IMG/VR virus record: IMGVR_UViG_3300029355_000102
DNA from: a virus
Length of the DNA: 64,000 nt
Direction: 5' to 3' (one strand)
The notes beneath the pieces are model-generated. The model was not told the DNA's origin. It was given only the letters and a program-made list of their open reading frames with translations, and did not search any database. Below are positions 1 to 10,531 of this stretch, piece after piece. How positions within the stretch are numbered: position 1 is the first letter of the stretch; every line of letters begins with the position of its first letter. The position numbers and the translations under genes are program-made.

Positions 1-511
1 GATCAGGATGGAGCTGGCGCAGGACTTATGGGATGATTTAATGACTCATACCGCGGTTCTTAAACGTATCGGCCATTCCCTCTATCCGACTGTGACGGAT
101 GATAGTACGGTTATTGCCAATGCACAGAATGAAGATGAAGACCGCCTGAAAGCCATTTTCAAGAAACTGGTTAAGGTGGATGAAATCGTGCCACGTGACA
201 GCTATGCTTTTGTTGACAAGCCCGGTAAGGATGCGGACGGACAACCTGATCTTATCACTGAACAAGTGGAGAACTTCAAGGCCACCAATATTGCCTTTAT
301 ACCAGTAGGTCAGATCGGTACTATTCAAGGTGTGGAGCCTTTGACTTTGGGATATGAGGCAAACAAGGTTGCTTCTTATGACGGTGGACGCTTGAAACTG
401 ACACAGAGAGCCAATCCTGAAACACATTCAATCTATATTGAAAGTGAAGCCGCCCAAATGTGTGTGCCGAGAATGCCACAGTATATGTTCATCTCTACTG
501 TAACTGTGTAA
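1..511 (+). CDS. phage structural protein, 5'-truncated at window edge (frame open upstream of nt 8)
   Basis: ORF 8..511 has no stop upstream to window start; first gene of a co-oriented virion operon. Confidence 0.4.
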   Translation, partial: IRMELAQDLWDDLMTHTAVLKRIGHSLYPTVTDDSTVIANAQNEDEDRLKAIFKKLVKVDEIVPRDSYAFVDKPGKDADGQPDLITEQVENFKATNIAFIPVGQIGTIQGVEPLTLGYEANKVASYDGGRLKLTQRANPETHSIYIESEAAQMCVPRMPQYMFISTVTV

Positions 512-530
512 TTCTTAAACTCATGCAAGA

Positions 531-905
531 ATGAATGAGGAACTTTCTCATACGGAAGATATGACCATTGAGGACTTTTTGAGTGGCGCAACTGCTTATG
601 AAATAGCGGACAACGCCCTCAAAAGGGTTCTTGTCAAGCGGAAAATCGCTTTTGGAACAATGGTAAGTGAACTGACCGAAAGGCAGCTTGATCTTGCCAC
701 TGCCGATATTTACATGTGGTGTGCAAGCACTCCAAGCAGTAAGAATGATACCGAAGACAGTGACGGGGGATGGAAGCATAAGGAAGGGGGTTGGCAGACC
801 AGTGCATACGACAAGCGGCAACTCCGTGAAATGGCGAAAGAACTGTATGAGAAATGGGATGAAGAAGTTGTAAAGGGCACTAAAATCAGAATAGTCAATT
901 TTTGA
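531..905 (+). CDS. hypothetical virion protein (head-tail joining region)
   Basis: 124-aa ORF tightly packed in structural operon. Confidence 0.4.
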   Translation: MNEELSHTEDMTIEDFLSGATAYEIADNALKRVLVKRKIAFGTMVSELTERQLDLATADIYMWCASTPSSKNDTEDSDGGWKHKEGGWQTSAYDKRQLREMAKELYEKWDEEVVKGTKIRIVNF

Positions 906-1231
906 GTATGAAAGTAAATAATCCACGGCATCCGCACAAATGTACTGTTTACCGAATTATAGGTGAGGATTCTTTCAGTGATGGTGAGAAGGTGATCTTG
1001 TATGAAGGTATATGCCGAAAGGAAGGTAGTACAAATTTGCGGACATTCAAAACCGATAATGTGATAAAGAGCGATTATCTGTTGAGCCTTCCCGGAATTG
1101 TTGAAGGAATATTGGCCGGTGATCTGATAGATGTCACGGACAGACAAGGCACTTTCACTCAATGTATGGTTACTGATAGCTATGCCGGAAATTTGGGAAC
1201 AACTGTGTATTTCAATCTTGCAAAAAATTAA
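902..1231 (+). CDS. hypothetical head-tail adaptor-like protein
   Basis: 109-aa ORF, ATGA overlap with upstream gene. Confidence 0.35.
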   Translation: MSMKVNNPRHPHKCTVYRIIGEDSFSDGEKVILYEGICRKEGSTNLRTFKTDNVIKSDYLLSLPGIVEGILAGDLIDVTDRQGTFTQCMVTDSYAGNLGTTVYFNLAKN

Positions 1232-1234
1232 CGC

Positions 1235-1765
1235 ATGGATAACCGGAGCAATGAAGTATTGTTTGATGAAGGAATGAGGAAGGCAAAGGAGCTTGTTTCA
1301 GGATATATCTTTGATGTCTTGACTAAATGCTGTGAAGAACTTATCCAAGATGCACTTGATAACAAGTCAGGCTTTCGGAATCTTACGGGTAATACAATAA
1401 CCAGTTATGCGTGCGGATTATTCATGGACGGTAGATTTTCCTATTTCGTTTGTAGTGGAGATTCAATGAAACAACCGGTGAGAGTAAAACTGACTAAAGG
1501 TGAAACATTTGTAGGTGTCAGTTATGATAATCAGAACAGACGTTTTACTGGAACGGTGGAAACTGATAAGGGGTATGGTGAAGCATTCTCCTTTGATTTC
1601 TTGAAAAGATATAAGTCGGAATCACGTAAAGGATTTGAGATAGTAATGTGCACGGGTACTGAATATTCAACCTATTTGGAGAATGTGTTAAATGCAGATG
1701 TTCTGACCGGAACATTTCAAAGGGCACAAAATACATTATTCAAGAACTTTAAACCAATGAAATGA
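1235..1765 (+). CDS. hypothetical virion protein
   Basis: 176-aa ORF in operon. Confidence 0.4.
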   Translation: MDNRSNEVLFDEGMRKAKELVSGYIFDVLTKCCEELIQDALDNKSGFRNLTGNTITSYACGLFMDGRFSYFVCSGDSMKQPVRVKLTKGETFVGVSYDNQNRRFTGTVETDKGYGEAFSFDFLKRYKSESRKGFEIVMCTGTEYSTYLENVLNADVLTGTFQRAQNTLFKNFKPMK

Positions 1766-2157
1766 TGGGACGGACAGTTTATAGACGTATGGATATATTA
1801 AAACAAATCGCTGATGCAGTAACCGGCATTGGTGAAAAGGTTTTCATAACAGATCGTCCGGCTGCTGAACAAAAGGCGATGAAGGACTTTGTTGTTATTC
1901 GGTTGCCACAAACTATCCAAGATAAAGGAAGTACCTACCAAGACACTTACTGTCAGATAAACGTTTTTGCGCATGATCGCTCAAACGGTATTGAGAATAC
2001 AGTCCGTTTGGATGAAATGCAAATGGAAGTGGTTTCAAAATTTCCAATAGTGACGGAATTGTTTTCAGCTGTAAGTCCACGATTGCTTCCCGGAGGAAAT
2101 GACGGACTCGGTTTTCATTCCTTAATAATACAAGCGAAGCTAATAATAAACAAATGA
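1762..2157 (+). CDS. hypothetical tail completion-like protein
   Basis: 131-aa ORF, start overlaps upstream stop. Confidence 0.35.
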   Translation: MMGRTVYRRMDILKQIADAVTGIGEKVFITDRPAAEQKAMKDFVVIRLPQTIQDKGSTYQDTYCQINVFAHDRSNGIENTVRLDEMQMEVVSKFPIVTELFSAVSPRLLPGGNDGLGFHSLIIQAKLIINK

Positions 2158-2180
2158 CACAAACTTAAAAAGATACGATT

Positions 2181-2744
2181 ATGGCAGAGATTTCTATTAC
2201 TACCAAACTGGAAGAGTTAAAGGTGCTCTTTAATCAGATGAAGGAGGTTTATTATGTGTCCAAAGTCAATAGTGACCTCGCAACTTTAGCGGCTTTTGAT
2301 ATGGAGCTGCCGGTACTCTCTGACGGAGTTACATTTGATACCGGAGCTGCCGATGTTTCCAAGATCAAGTTGACAACCGGAGCAACTTGGACTTCTATTG
2401 CTAATGCTGGAGATTCCGATATTCAGTTTCAAGTACCTTCCGTGGCAGGAAAGATCAATGACTTGTTACTGAACAAGAAAGCGGAAACGGTGACTATGAC
2501 TGCTACCATTGATGGTGAGACTTATGAAGGTGAAGGTTACAATATCGAACCGAAGAAAGTAATCGGAGGACTCTTCATGCGTAGTGAAGACCGTCAAACA
2601 GCCTTGTTCTTACCGAATGTTGAGGGGTATAGCAACTTCGTCAGCGAGCAGGACAAGCCGGGGTACTTTAATGTATCTGTTTCTCCGTTGAATGATGCTA
2701 AGGGGGCCTCTATTTACATTTTACGTAAAAAAGCATCCGACTAA
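2181..2744 (+). CDS. putative major tail protein
   Basis: 187-aa ORF directly before G/GT chaperones and tape measure; followed by strong terminator implying high expression. Confidence 0.45.
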   Translation: MAEISITTKLEELKVLFNQMKEVYYVSKVNSDLATLAAFDMELPVLSDGVTFDTGAADVSKIKLTTGATWTSIANAGDSDIQFQVPSVAGKINDLLLNKKAETVTMTATIDGETYEGEGYNIEPKKVIGGLFMRSEDRQTALFLPNVEGYSNFVSEQDKPGYFNVSVSPLNDAKGASIYILRKKASD

Positions 2745-2784
2745 AAAGTTTAGGATATAACACTTTGCAAAATTCATATCAGCG

Positions 2785-2828
2785 AAAAGGTGGTGAGCTA
2801 CTTGATACCGGCCACCACCTTTTTTTTC
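2785..2828 (+). terminator. rho-independent terminator
   Basis: ggtggtgagc...gccaccacc hairpin followed by T9. Confidence 0.6.
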
Positions 2829-2847
2829 GTATAAAACACAATAAAGT

Positions 2848-3306
2848 ATGACAAAAGAAAACAATATAACACTTCCTAAATCGGAGGATGAAAAATTATT
2901 GAATGATGTGATGGAAGACAGTGTGGATTATGTGGAAGTCCGAGGAAAGAAATATGGCATTTCGTGGCTGAAAAGAGGGACTATACGCAAATTCACCAGT
3001 ACGATGCAGAAATCAGGGAATGATGATAAGATCAGCTGCCAATGTGCAGCCGCTATCATTTTGAATGGATATTGGAAAATCAAGTTCCTCTATCCCTTTT
3101 TGTGGCGTTGGTTCTTTTATATCAAACAATATGGAGATCATGAGCTGATGAAGGTTATAGCTGTCGGCAAAAAAAAAATTCCAGTGGAAGACTACTTGAC
3201 AGCTACCATATATCTGACCGCGATGAAGGACACGATGATGACAATGACAAAAGAGGAAGCAGAGCATATCCTTCACGAACCAGCTACGGACAAACGTGGG
3301 AAATAG
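2848..3306 (+). CDS. tail assembly chaperone (G-like)
   Basis: 152-aa ORF immediately upstream of tape measure. Confidence 0.45.
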   Translation: MTKENNITLPKSEDEKLLNDVMEDSVDYVEVRGKKYGISWLKRGTIRKFTSTMQKSGNDDKISCQCAAAIILNGYWKIKFLYPFLWRWFFYIKQYGDHELMKVIAVGKKKIPVEDYLTATIYLTAMKDTMMTMTKEEAEHILHEPATDKRGK

Positions 3307-3323
3307 GCAAGTCCTATCCGTGG

Positions 3324-3590
3324 TTGACAGAGCCTTTGAGACTATTTGGGATTCCAATAAGTAAACCTTTGTTTGGTATTTATTGGGTACTTACAAATGC
3401 ACAAATTGAATTGTTGGCAATGGATGTGTCTATTGTGGTTACAGATTGTGACAAAGACAGCAAGGGAAAGAAACACGATACAAAAAACTTCAAATCCCCT
3501 TCCGTAAGTGATATAGAGGATGCTGCCAAACGCTGGAAAGACAAGTATGGCAATGGAGAAACAGCAATTAATATCAATGATTATAAGTAA
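3324..3590 (+). CDS. tail assembly chaperone extension (T-like), probably expressed as GT fusion by -1 frameshift near 3296-3306
   Basis: 88-aa ORF in -1 frame relative to upstream gene, frame open upstream to the G stop; GGGAAAT at the junction. Confidence 0.35.
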   Translation: MTEPLRLFGIPISKPLFGIYWVLTNAQIELLAMDVSIVVTDCDKDSKGKKHDTKNFKSPSVSDIEDAAKRWKDKYGNGETAININDYK

Positions 3591-3607
3591 TACAAACACA
3601 ATAATAT

Positions 3608-6600
3608 ATGGCTGATCTTGGAAACCTTTACTTCGATATTTTATTCCGTGATAAGACAGCGGAACAACGTAAAAAATTGAAAGCGGAAATCACCAAAGAC
3701 TTGCAGGCAAAACTTGATGTGGGTTTTGACAAGAAGAAGTTGGTTGGTGATATGAAGACTTTGCTTCAAAGTGAGAAGTTTAAGATCAATGTGGTAGTGG
3801 ATAAGGCCAGTACCACACAAGCTGTTCGTGCCGCCTTGCAAGCCGCCGGGTTGAATACAAACTTTACAGCAAGTGATTTACGCGCCGCCAAAGCCGCAGC
3901 CATTCAAACCAAAGCGGAAGCTTCTGCCGCAGCCGCACGTGAGCTTGCGCGACAAAGAGCCGCCCGTGCCGCCAAAGCGGAACTGGATTTGGCTAATGCC
4001 CGTGAGAGATCAGCCAATGCAGCAAGACGGCACATGACAGCCACTCTCAATATGAATGGAGCAATGAACAGTCAATTGAGTATTGTCGGACAATTAAGAA
4101 ATGAATTTTTGGGGCTATACTCCATTTATGCAGCACAGAACTTTTTGCGTGCAATGGTTGATATTGGTGGTGAGTTGGAAAATCAGAAAATTGCAATGGC
4201 CTCTATTCTGCAAGATGAAGGCAAAGCTACAACCATATTCAATCAAATTAAGAAACTGGCTGTTGCTTCTCCATTCGGGATTATGGATTTGAATCAGTAT
4301 GCCAAGCAACTTTCCGCATATTCTATACCATACAATGAATTGTATGATACCATGAAAAGGCTGGCTGATATATCAGCCGGTGTAGGTGTTGATATGGGGC
4401 GTATCATATTGGCCTACGGTCAGATAAAGGCTGCTAAATTCTTGAAAGGAACGGAATTACGACAATTGACGGAAGCGAACATTCCTATGGTGGATAAACT
4501 GGCCGAGCGATTCAGCAAGTTGGAAGGCCGCATTGTCAGTGCCGGTGAAGTGCTTGATATGATCTCGAAAAAGAAGGTTACGTTTGAGGATGTAAAAGAT
4601 GTTCTTTGGGAACTTACGGATGATGGTGGCATGTTTAATAACATGCAGGAAGTTCTTTCAGAATCAGTTAAGTCCAAATGGAAGAACTTGGCTGATGCGA
4701 TTGACATTATGCTTGGTGATATTGCGGAGTCAATGGGTAGTACATTGAAATGGACTGCCGAAAGCCTTACCACCCTTGCACAAAATTGGAAAGAAGTTGT
4801 ACCGGCTATCGAAGCTGCCGTTGGAGCCTTTGGAGTATATAAGGTAGCTACATTTGGCGCAAACCGCTTGATTGGGAATGAAAGTGCGGCTCTTATAAAA
4901 AGTACGCTTGCTGCCAAGCAAAAGGCAGCAGCCAATCTTGTTGTCGCATCCAGTTATCGTACACTTACTAATGCGGAAAAAGGACTTATAGCTTCAAGTA
5001 ATACTATGACAACCGCAGATTGGAAAGCGTTGGCAAGTAGTGGAGCTTTAACTAAGGAGTATGCCTTGCGGTTAATGGCACTTGGAAAATTGAAATCAGG
5101 ACAAGCCGGTCATATTGTGCAGGTACTTGGTATATCTCGTGCTGAAATGTCGGCTGCACTTTCAACAAGTAAATGGCGTGTAGCCATGATCTCATTGGGT
5201 TATGGTATAAAACAAGTAGGAGTTGCATTAAAAGGTTTGCTTTTTAATCCATACATGCTTTTGTTTACTGGGCTTACTGCCATTGCTGAATTATGGTATA
5301 AGTCCGGGCAAAAGGCTGACGAAATGAACGAGCGTATTTCCGAGTTGACAACAAGAGCACAAGACGGTTTCAAGAACCTAACGAAAGAAGCTCAAAAATT
5401 TGCTGATGTTGATCCTTTTAAGGCGAATGATGCCTCACTGATTGCTTCCATTGAAGAAATGAAAACAGCATTAAAGGATTATTCCCCGGTTTGGGCAGAT
5501 ACTTTTAATGAAACGTTTAAGACTGATGATGAAGGAAATACAGTTAAAAGCCTTGCGGAACAATATATATTGCTTCGGAATGCTTTGGATGATACAAAAG
5601 AGGCTTATAGATTGTTGAATGCCATAAGAGGTACATCTGAATATGCGAATGATGCTACTGATGGTTATTTTGACGAAAGCTTTAGTGAAAATATTGAAGA
5701 CTACATCAAGACAGAGAAGCAGATAGACAAGATTATAGACCGTATGGCTGGTAGCTATATAGAGTATTATACTGCCATGCAGAAAGTTATAGCCAAGTAT
5801 GATGATTTTGCTAAAGTCGCTTCGGGCAAATCATTGAAAGAGCAGTTGGATATAATCAAAGAATATCCCAAGGCATTAGCCAGTTTGAATAATGAGTTAC
5901 CTTTCACGGGAGGATATAGGGATGATATTTTTCAGCTGCGGAAGGCATGGAAAAACTCTAAACGTGTTTTTGAGGAAGAAGTATCACCGGATATGCAGAG
6001 TTTCATATCTGAATATAAGTCACGATTACAAGCTGCCGGATGGAATTTAGACAATTTGAGTGACGCTCAAAAAATAGCTATCGGTTTGGATATAAGTTCT
6101 TTCTTGGATCAATTTGAAGAGATGCCGGTAGATATACGGAATTTTCTTAATGGTGAGATTCTTGAAAAACAATTCAATATTAAGATTAATGCTGAATATA
6201 CGGAAACTATTCAGAGCTTGTCAGATTTGCAGAAAAAGTTCAATGAAGCCACAGATGGGCAATTTGAAGCTCAAATAAAGGTTTCTACGGATTCAGAGAA
6301 AATTATTGAAGGAATACAAAAAGCGTATAAGGAAGCTAAAGAGATAACAAATCAATTGAAGCCGGTATTGATTAAAGCCGGAATAGATTTGTCAGGTATT
6401 GGAGCTATTGACTTGTCAAAACTTCCCGACTGGCAGAAGCAAATTGTATCAGATTATAAAAAGGCTTTCGACACAATGCAAGCCGGTGAGAAAGGAGCCA
6501 AAGAAATCGGTTTTTCTCTCACTGATCCAAGTAAGGATAAGAGCAAAAAGGATGCCTTCGCCGAAAGATTGAAAGAACGGGTAAACTTACTAAAGGAGGC

Positions 6601-9088
6601 ATATTCTGAATATAAGAAGTGGATTGACATTGTTGGAAAGAGAGAAGCTGCCAATAAGGTTAAAGGATCGGGTGCTTTTGACTCCTTATTCAAAGGTAAA
6701 GAACCTGTGGATATTGAAAATTATCGGGATGAATTGAATAAGATTCTTAACCAGCTTGACGATAAGACCAAAGAGCGTATAGAATTGAAAGTCTCTATAT
6801 GGAAAGTGCTTCTGGATATTGATGCCAACGCTATGAAAGAAGCTTCGGATAAGGCCGCAAAGGAACTTGAAAGGTACGTGTCTGATGTTTCAAAGAAATG
6901 GGATATATACAAGCAGCTTGTCAATGCCGGTGCAAGTAAGAAGGATGCTTCTTTATACGCTTTCGGAGCATTGTCTGAATATGAGAAGAAATCCGAGGAA
7001 TTAGCTGAAAAGGTAACTAAGAAAATGAAGGATAAAGGGGTATATATACCTTTGACTTTCACCGAACAAGAGGCCACAGAATCACTTGGAGGTAAAGACA
7101 GTGTTTTGTATAAACAGTTTTTCAGTGCATGGAAGGAAGCTAAAGAAGCTATTGAAAAAGATAGTTTGGAAGTAAAGCTGAAAGAAGTTACTGCCCTCAA
7201 CAAATACAAATCTATCGCTGAAAAAATACGGGACTTAAGCGAGAAATATGCTCCCTTAACCGGCACCTTCATTGGTGAAAATAATGAACTTGTTGGGAAT
7301 GTTGAAGGCATGACTCCCGGACAGAAAGCTCTTTTTACCGAATATAAGGAGGAACTGGCAAAACTAAGGGGACAACTGCTTGAACTTCTTCCGGTATGGG
7401 AACAGATATTTGGAGATCAGACCTATAAATCATACGGACAGATACAGCAAGCATCCGATTATGCGCAACAGATTATTGATAATGCTTCTGTAACTAAAAA
7501 CAAGAATGGAAAGCCAACAGCTTTTACTTCTTGGTATTTGGATGAGAATGGTAAACGGATTGATGTTTCAGGAGAATATTCTCAAATTGAGAAGTTAAAG
7601 AAAGCCATACAAGACTTATATAAGGCCGGATTACAGAAGAATCCGTTTGCCACTCTCATAAAAAATATTCGTTCTTTATTCTCCAGTGGAGATAAAGATG
7701 AAAAGGGTACCATAGAAAAGATTGCAGCCATAGGAGAAAGTGCCGCTGAAAGTGCTGATCTTGTCGGCAATTTTGCAGGGCAGATGTCTTCCATGTTCGA
7801 TGCTTTGGGCAATGAGGGTATGGCCGACACGATGGGTAATGTGCAGGATGCCATGTCTTCTATAAGCAATATCGGGCAGGGATTCGCCAAAGGTGGAATA
7901 GTTGGTGGTATTGCTGCCGCTGCCGGTGAAGCTGTAAACTGGATTGGGAAGATAGCACAAGCACATGACAAAAAGCTTGATAAGGCTATTGAAAAAAGTA
8001 AACTTCGTGCTCAACAGTTGCAGTATATATACGAACAGATTGACGGTATTCTTGAACGTTTCTTGGGCAGTGGCACGGAACTAAAACTTGTAGATGCAGA
8101 AAATGACCGTACCCGGTTGAATCAATTAAATAATCAGATTGAGGCAATACGCAATAAGGGGAAGATCAACATCTTCGATTTGATGTCTTTGCAGAAACAT
8201 AAGCAGGAAGCGGAAAAACTTCAAAAACGTGTTTCGGCATACGATGAAGGCGGTGCATACGGGTATCAACGTGCCTTGATGCAAGAACAACTTTCAGAAT
8301 TGGAGAAACAGCGGCAAGCCGAAATTGACAAGAAGAAGACGGATGATAGCAAAGTGGCTGATTATGAGAATCAGATTGCGGAGATGAAACAGCAAATAAA
8401 GGATTTTGCCGAAGAAACGGCTGAATCTCTTTATGGCATTAATTTGAAAGACTGGGCTTCGCAGTTGGGAGATGCCTTGTATGAGGCATGGCAGAAAGGC
8501 GAGGATGGTGCCGAAGCTTTCAAAAATAAGGTTGCCGACATTATGGGTGATGTTATGAACTCCATTCTCAAAATAAGTATTTTGGAACCGGCCATGCAAC
8601 AGCTTCAAAAGATGCTTTTTGGTGAGGATGGAATGAGTGGTTATTTCGGCAAGGATTTCTCTCTTGACGAAAAGGAGTTGGAAAGTATTGCGGACTATCT
8701 AATGGGGGTAAGTGAGAAAACCGATGATTACTATTCCATGCTTGACAAACTGAATAACTATATGGAAAAGAAATATGGTATCAGTATGAAGGAAGAGGAA
8801 GAAGACAGTGGAAGTGGTTTATCTAAAGGCATACAGAATGTTACTGAAAATACCGCTAACCTTTTGGCTTCTTATATAAATGCAATCCGGGCTGACGTGA
8901 GTGTTAAACGGGAGTATGTGCGCAGATTGGTTGAAGAATTGTTCCCGGCCTATAATGTAATAGCACAAGCACAATTACAACAACTGACAATGATACAGAT
9001 AAATACAGCAAAGAATGTGGAATTTGTGGAAGAAATCAGGGATATACTACATAGGAATATAAACGGTGTAAACAAGTTTAATATATGA
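3608..9088 (+). CDS. tail tape measure protein
   Basis: 1826-aa largely alpha-helical/coiled-coil ORF following chaperone pair; TMP-like core motif LAYGQIKAAKFLKG... Confidence 0.85.
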   Translation: MADLGNLYFDILFRDKTAEQRKKLKAEITKDLQAKLDVGFDKKKLVGDMKTLLQSEKFKINVVVDKASTTQAVRAALQAAGLNTNFTASDLRAAKAAAIQTKAEASAAAARELARQRAARAAKAELDLANARERSANAARRHMTATLNMNGAMNSQLSIVGQLRNEFLGLYSIYAAQNFLRAMVDIGGELENQKIAMASILQDEGKATTIFNQIKKLAVASPFGIMDLNQYAKQLSAYSIPYNELYDTMKRLADISAGVGVDMGRIILAYGQIKAAKFLKGTELRQLTEANIPMVDKLAERFSKLEGRIVSAGEVLDMISKKKVTFEDVKDVLWELTDDGGMFNNMQEVLSESVKSKWKNLADAIDIMLGDIAESMGSTLKWTAESLTTLAQNWKEVVPAIEAAVGAFGVYKVATFGANRLIGNESAALIKSTLAAKQKAAANLVVASSYRTLTNAEKGLIASSNTMTTADWKALASSGALTKEYALRLMALGKLKSGQAGHIVQVLGISRAEMSAALSTSKWRVAMISLGYGIKQVGVALKGLLFNPYMLLFTGLTAIAELWYKSGQKADEMNERISELTTRAQDGFKNLTKEAQKFADVDPFKANDASLIASIEEMKTALKDYSPVWADTFNETFKTDDEGNTVKSLAEQYILLRNALDDTKEAYRLLNAIRGTSEYANDATDGYFDESFSENIEDYIKTEKQIDKIIDRMAGSYIEYYTAMQKVIAKYDDFAKVASGKSLKEQLDIIKEYPKALASLNNELPFTGGYRDDIFQLRKAWKNSKRVFEEEVSPDMQSFISEYKSRLQAAGWNLDNLSDAQKIAIGLDISSFLDQFEEMPVDIRNFLNGEILEKQFNIKINAEYTETIQSLSDLQKKFNEATDGQFEAQIKVSTDSEKIIEGIQKAYKEAKEITNQLKPVLIKAGIDLSGIGAIDLSKLPDWQKQIVSDYKKAFDTMQAGEKGAKEIGFSLTDPSKDKSKKDAFAERLKERVNLLKEAYSEYKKWIDIVGKREAANKVKGSGAFDSLFKGKEPVDIENYRDELNKILNQLDDKTKERIELKVSIWKVLLDIDANAMKEASDKAAKELERYVSDVSKKWDIYKQLVNAGASKKDASLYAFGALSEYEKKSEELAEKVTKKMKDKGVYIPLTFTEQEATESLGGKDSVLYKQFFSAWKEAKEAIEKDSLEVKLKEVTALNKYKSIAEKIRDLSEKYAPLTGTFIGENNELVGNVEGMTPGQKALFTEYKEELAKLRGQLLELLPVWEQIFGDQTYKSYGQIQQASDYAQQIIDNASVTKNKNGKPTAFTSWYLDENGKRIDVSGEYSQIEKLKKAIQDLYKAGLQKNPFATLIKNIRSLFSSGDKDEKGTIEKIAAIGESAAESADLVGNFAGQMSSMFDALGNEGMADTMGNVQDAMSSISNIGQGFAKGGIVGGIAAAAGEAVNWIGKIAQAHDKKLDKAIEKSKLRAQQLQYIYEQIDGILERFLGSGTELKLVDAENDRTRLNQLNNQIEAIRNKGKINIFDLMSLQKHKQEAEKLQKRVSAYDEGGAYGYQRALMQEQLSELEKQRQAEIDKKKTDDSKVADYENQIAEMKQQIKDFAEETAESLYGINLKDWASQLGDALYEAWQKGEDGAEAFKNKVADIMGDVMNSILKISILEPAMQQLQKMLFGEDGMSGYFGKDFSLDEKELESIADYLMGVSEKTDDYYSMLDKLNNYMEKKYGISMKEEEEDSGSGLSKGIQNVTENTANLLASYINAIRADVSVKREYVRRLVEELFPAYNVIAQAQLQQLTMIQINTAKNVEFVEEIRDILHRNINGVNKFNI

Positions 9089-9591
9089 TTATGAACAGAT
9101 TGAATAGTGAATTGAGAGGCCATGCCGTATCGTATGGCCTCTGCACACAATGGCAAGGTGACTGGCAAAATAATAAAAGTCAGCAGGAACTAATTGAAAT
9201 GTATATACGAGGCATTGATTTTTGTATTGAGCACGATTATCCGACAGTGGAATATATAAAAGGTAATTTTGACCGGAGTCTGCTTCATCAAAACCATATT
9301 TTTGTTGATGAACCAGTGACCGGAGGCAACAATGGTGTATATGTACTGAACGGTAAATGTTCAGGTAAACTTTCTTTCGGTAAATTTACAGCTGCTACTC
9401 TCCATTTGCGCCATGATAGTGAATTGACTCTTGAAGTGGAAGATTGCGCCAAAGTTTTTGTGAGTGTATATGATCGGGCTAAACTACATGTAAGGCAAAG
9501 CGATGTGGCTAAAGTTTATGTATATGTTCATGGTAAAGATTGCCAAGTGCAATATGAAGGTTACGTGTTGATAAGAGAAAGCCGAGAATAA
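9085..9591 (+). CDS. hypothetical tail protein
   Basis: 168-aa ORF overlapping tape-measure stop (ATGA). Confidence 0.4.
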   Translation: MIMNRLNSELRGHAVSYGLCTQWQGDWQNNKSQQELIEMYIRGIDFCIEHDYPTVEYIKGNFDRSLLHQNHIFVDEPVTGGNNGVYVLNGKCSGKLSFGKFTAATLHLRHDSELTLEVEDCAKVFVSVYDRAKLHVRQSDVAKVYVYVHGKDCQVQYEGYVLIRESRE

Positions 9592-9600
9592 CCCCCGACT

Positions 9601-10047
9601 TTATTTTCCAGTCACACGTTTTGTCAAATAGAACTTGTGAGTTTTGTCTAAGAATACAACGTAAAATGTATCGCCAACCACATGACCGATAATTACTGCC
9701 GATCCATTGATATGTATTCTTGCCCAATTTGCATCTTCCGGTACATTTTTGGGAAATTCAAAAAGGGTCTTTTCTTTTGGTGGAAATGAACCATATATTG
9801 TGAATTTATCTCCATCTATCTGTTGACGCAACGGAGAACAGCAATAACCATGTAGCGTTTCCAATGCGAAACTTAACAACCCTGCGTTTTGCCAGTCCTT
9901 AAAAGCCGAGCCATATTTTTGTGTAGTGTCAAGATATTGGAATGAAATTTTAAAGTTTGAAGTCCGGGCTTCATCATTCACACTTGGCTTCTTCTTGTAT
10001 GGTTCGGCTAATTTGGATTTCTTTTTATACCCCTGCATTTTGTTCAC
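9601..10047 (-). CDS. hypothetical protein; candidate toxin partner of the Panacea-domain protein
   Basis: 148-aa ORF overlapping the upstream DUF4065 gene by 23 nt (translational coupling); no recognisable domain. Confidence 0.35.
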   Translation of the reverse strand: MNKMQGYKKKSKLAEPYKKKPSVNDEARTSNFKISFQYLDTTQKYGSAFKDWQNAGLLSFALETLHGYCCSPLRQQIDGDKFTIYGSFPPKEKTLFEFPKNVPEDANWARIHINGSAVIIGHVVGDTFYVVFLDKTHKFYLTKRVTGK

Positions 10048-10531
10048 TCTTATAGAATGCTTGTACCGTTTTCTTTGAAATTATTTCATGACATTTATCT
10101 GCCTCTGCATAGCCAATACGTGCTTCAAGCCACGGACGTTCATTGTGCGTAGCTCTTTCCAGTTCCAATCCCGTCCAAGTAGATAGGTCTGTCAAAATAG
10201 AAACAATTAAAGTTTGTTGGTCTTGTGTTAGCTTTCCAAATTCCTTATCTACATCTTTTCCGGTAGAATTTGAATAGCTCAATTCCGCATACAGCATAGA
10301 TTTGTCTTTAAGACTATCGTAAACTTTACGACTAACGGGGCCATGCACCCATGCTTCAAAAGAATCTTCGACTAACTCTTGATCGAAATATGCAAGATGA
10401 TATGCATCACAATAAAAAAGTAGCTTTTGCAATTTTAGATGTGACATCGGTCCATAGTGCTTTAGAATATAGTCAGAAAGCACCACAGAATCTATTTTTT
10501 GAAGTTCTTTTGTCTTTTCCATTATAATCAT
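10025..10531 (-). CDS. Panacea-domain (DUF4065, SocA-like) antitoxin-type protein
   Basis: motifs LSHLKLQKLLFYCDAYHLAYF ... FEAWVHGPV typical of DUF4065/Panacea. Confidence 0.6.
   Translation of the reverse strand: MIIMEKTKELQKIDSVVLSDYILKHYGPMSHLKLQKLLFYCDAYHLAYFDQELVEDSFEAWVHGPVSRKVYDSLKDKSMLYAELSYSNSTGKDVDKEFGKLTQDQQTLIVSILTDLSTWTGLELERATHNERPWLEARIGYAEADKCHEIISKKTVQAFYKSEQNAGV

Noticed and set aside
4420-8014. Minus-strand ORFs of 63-196 aa (4420-4935, 6454-6693, 6721-7311, 7582-8014) inside the tape-measure gene
   Set aside because: Antisense to a continuous 1826-aa ORF with clear TMP character. Low-complexity translations typical of antisense frames of a coiled-coil gene.
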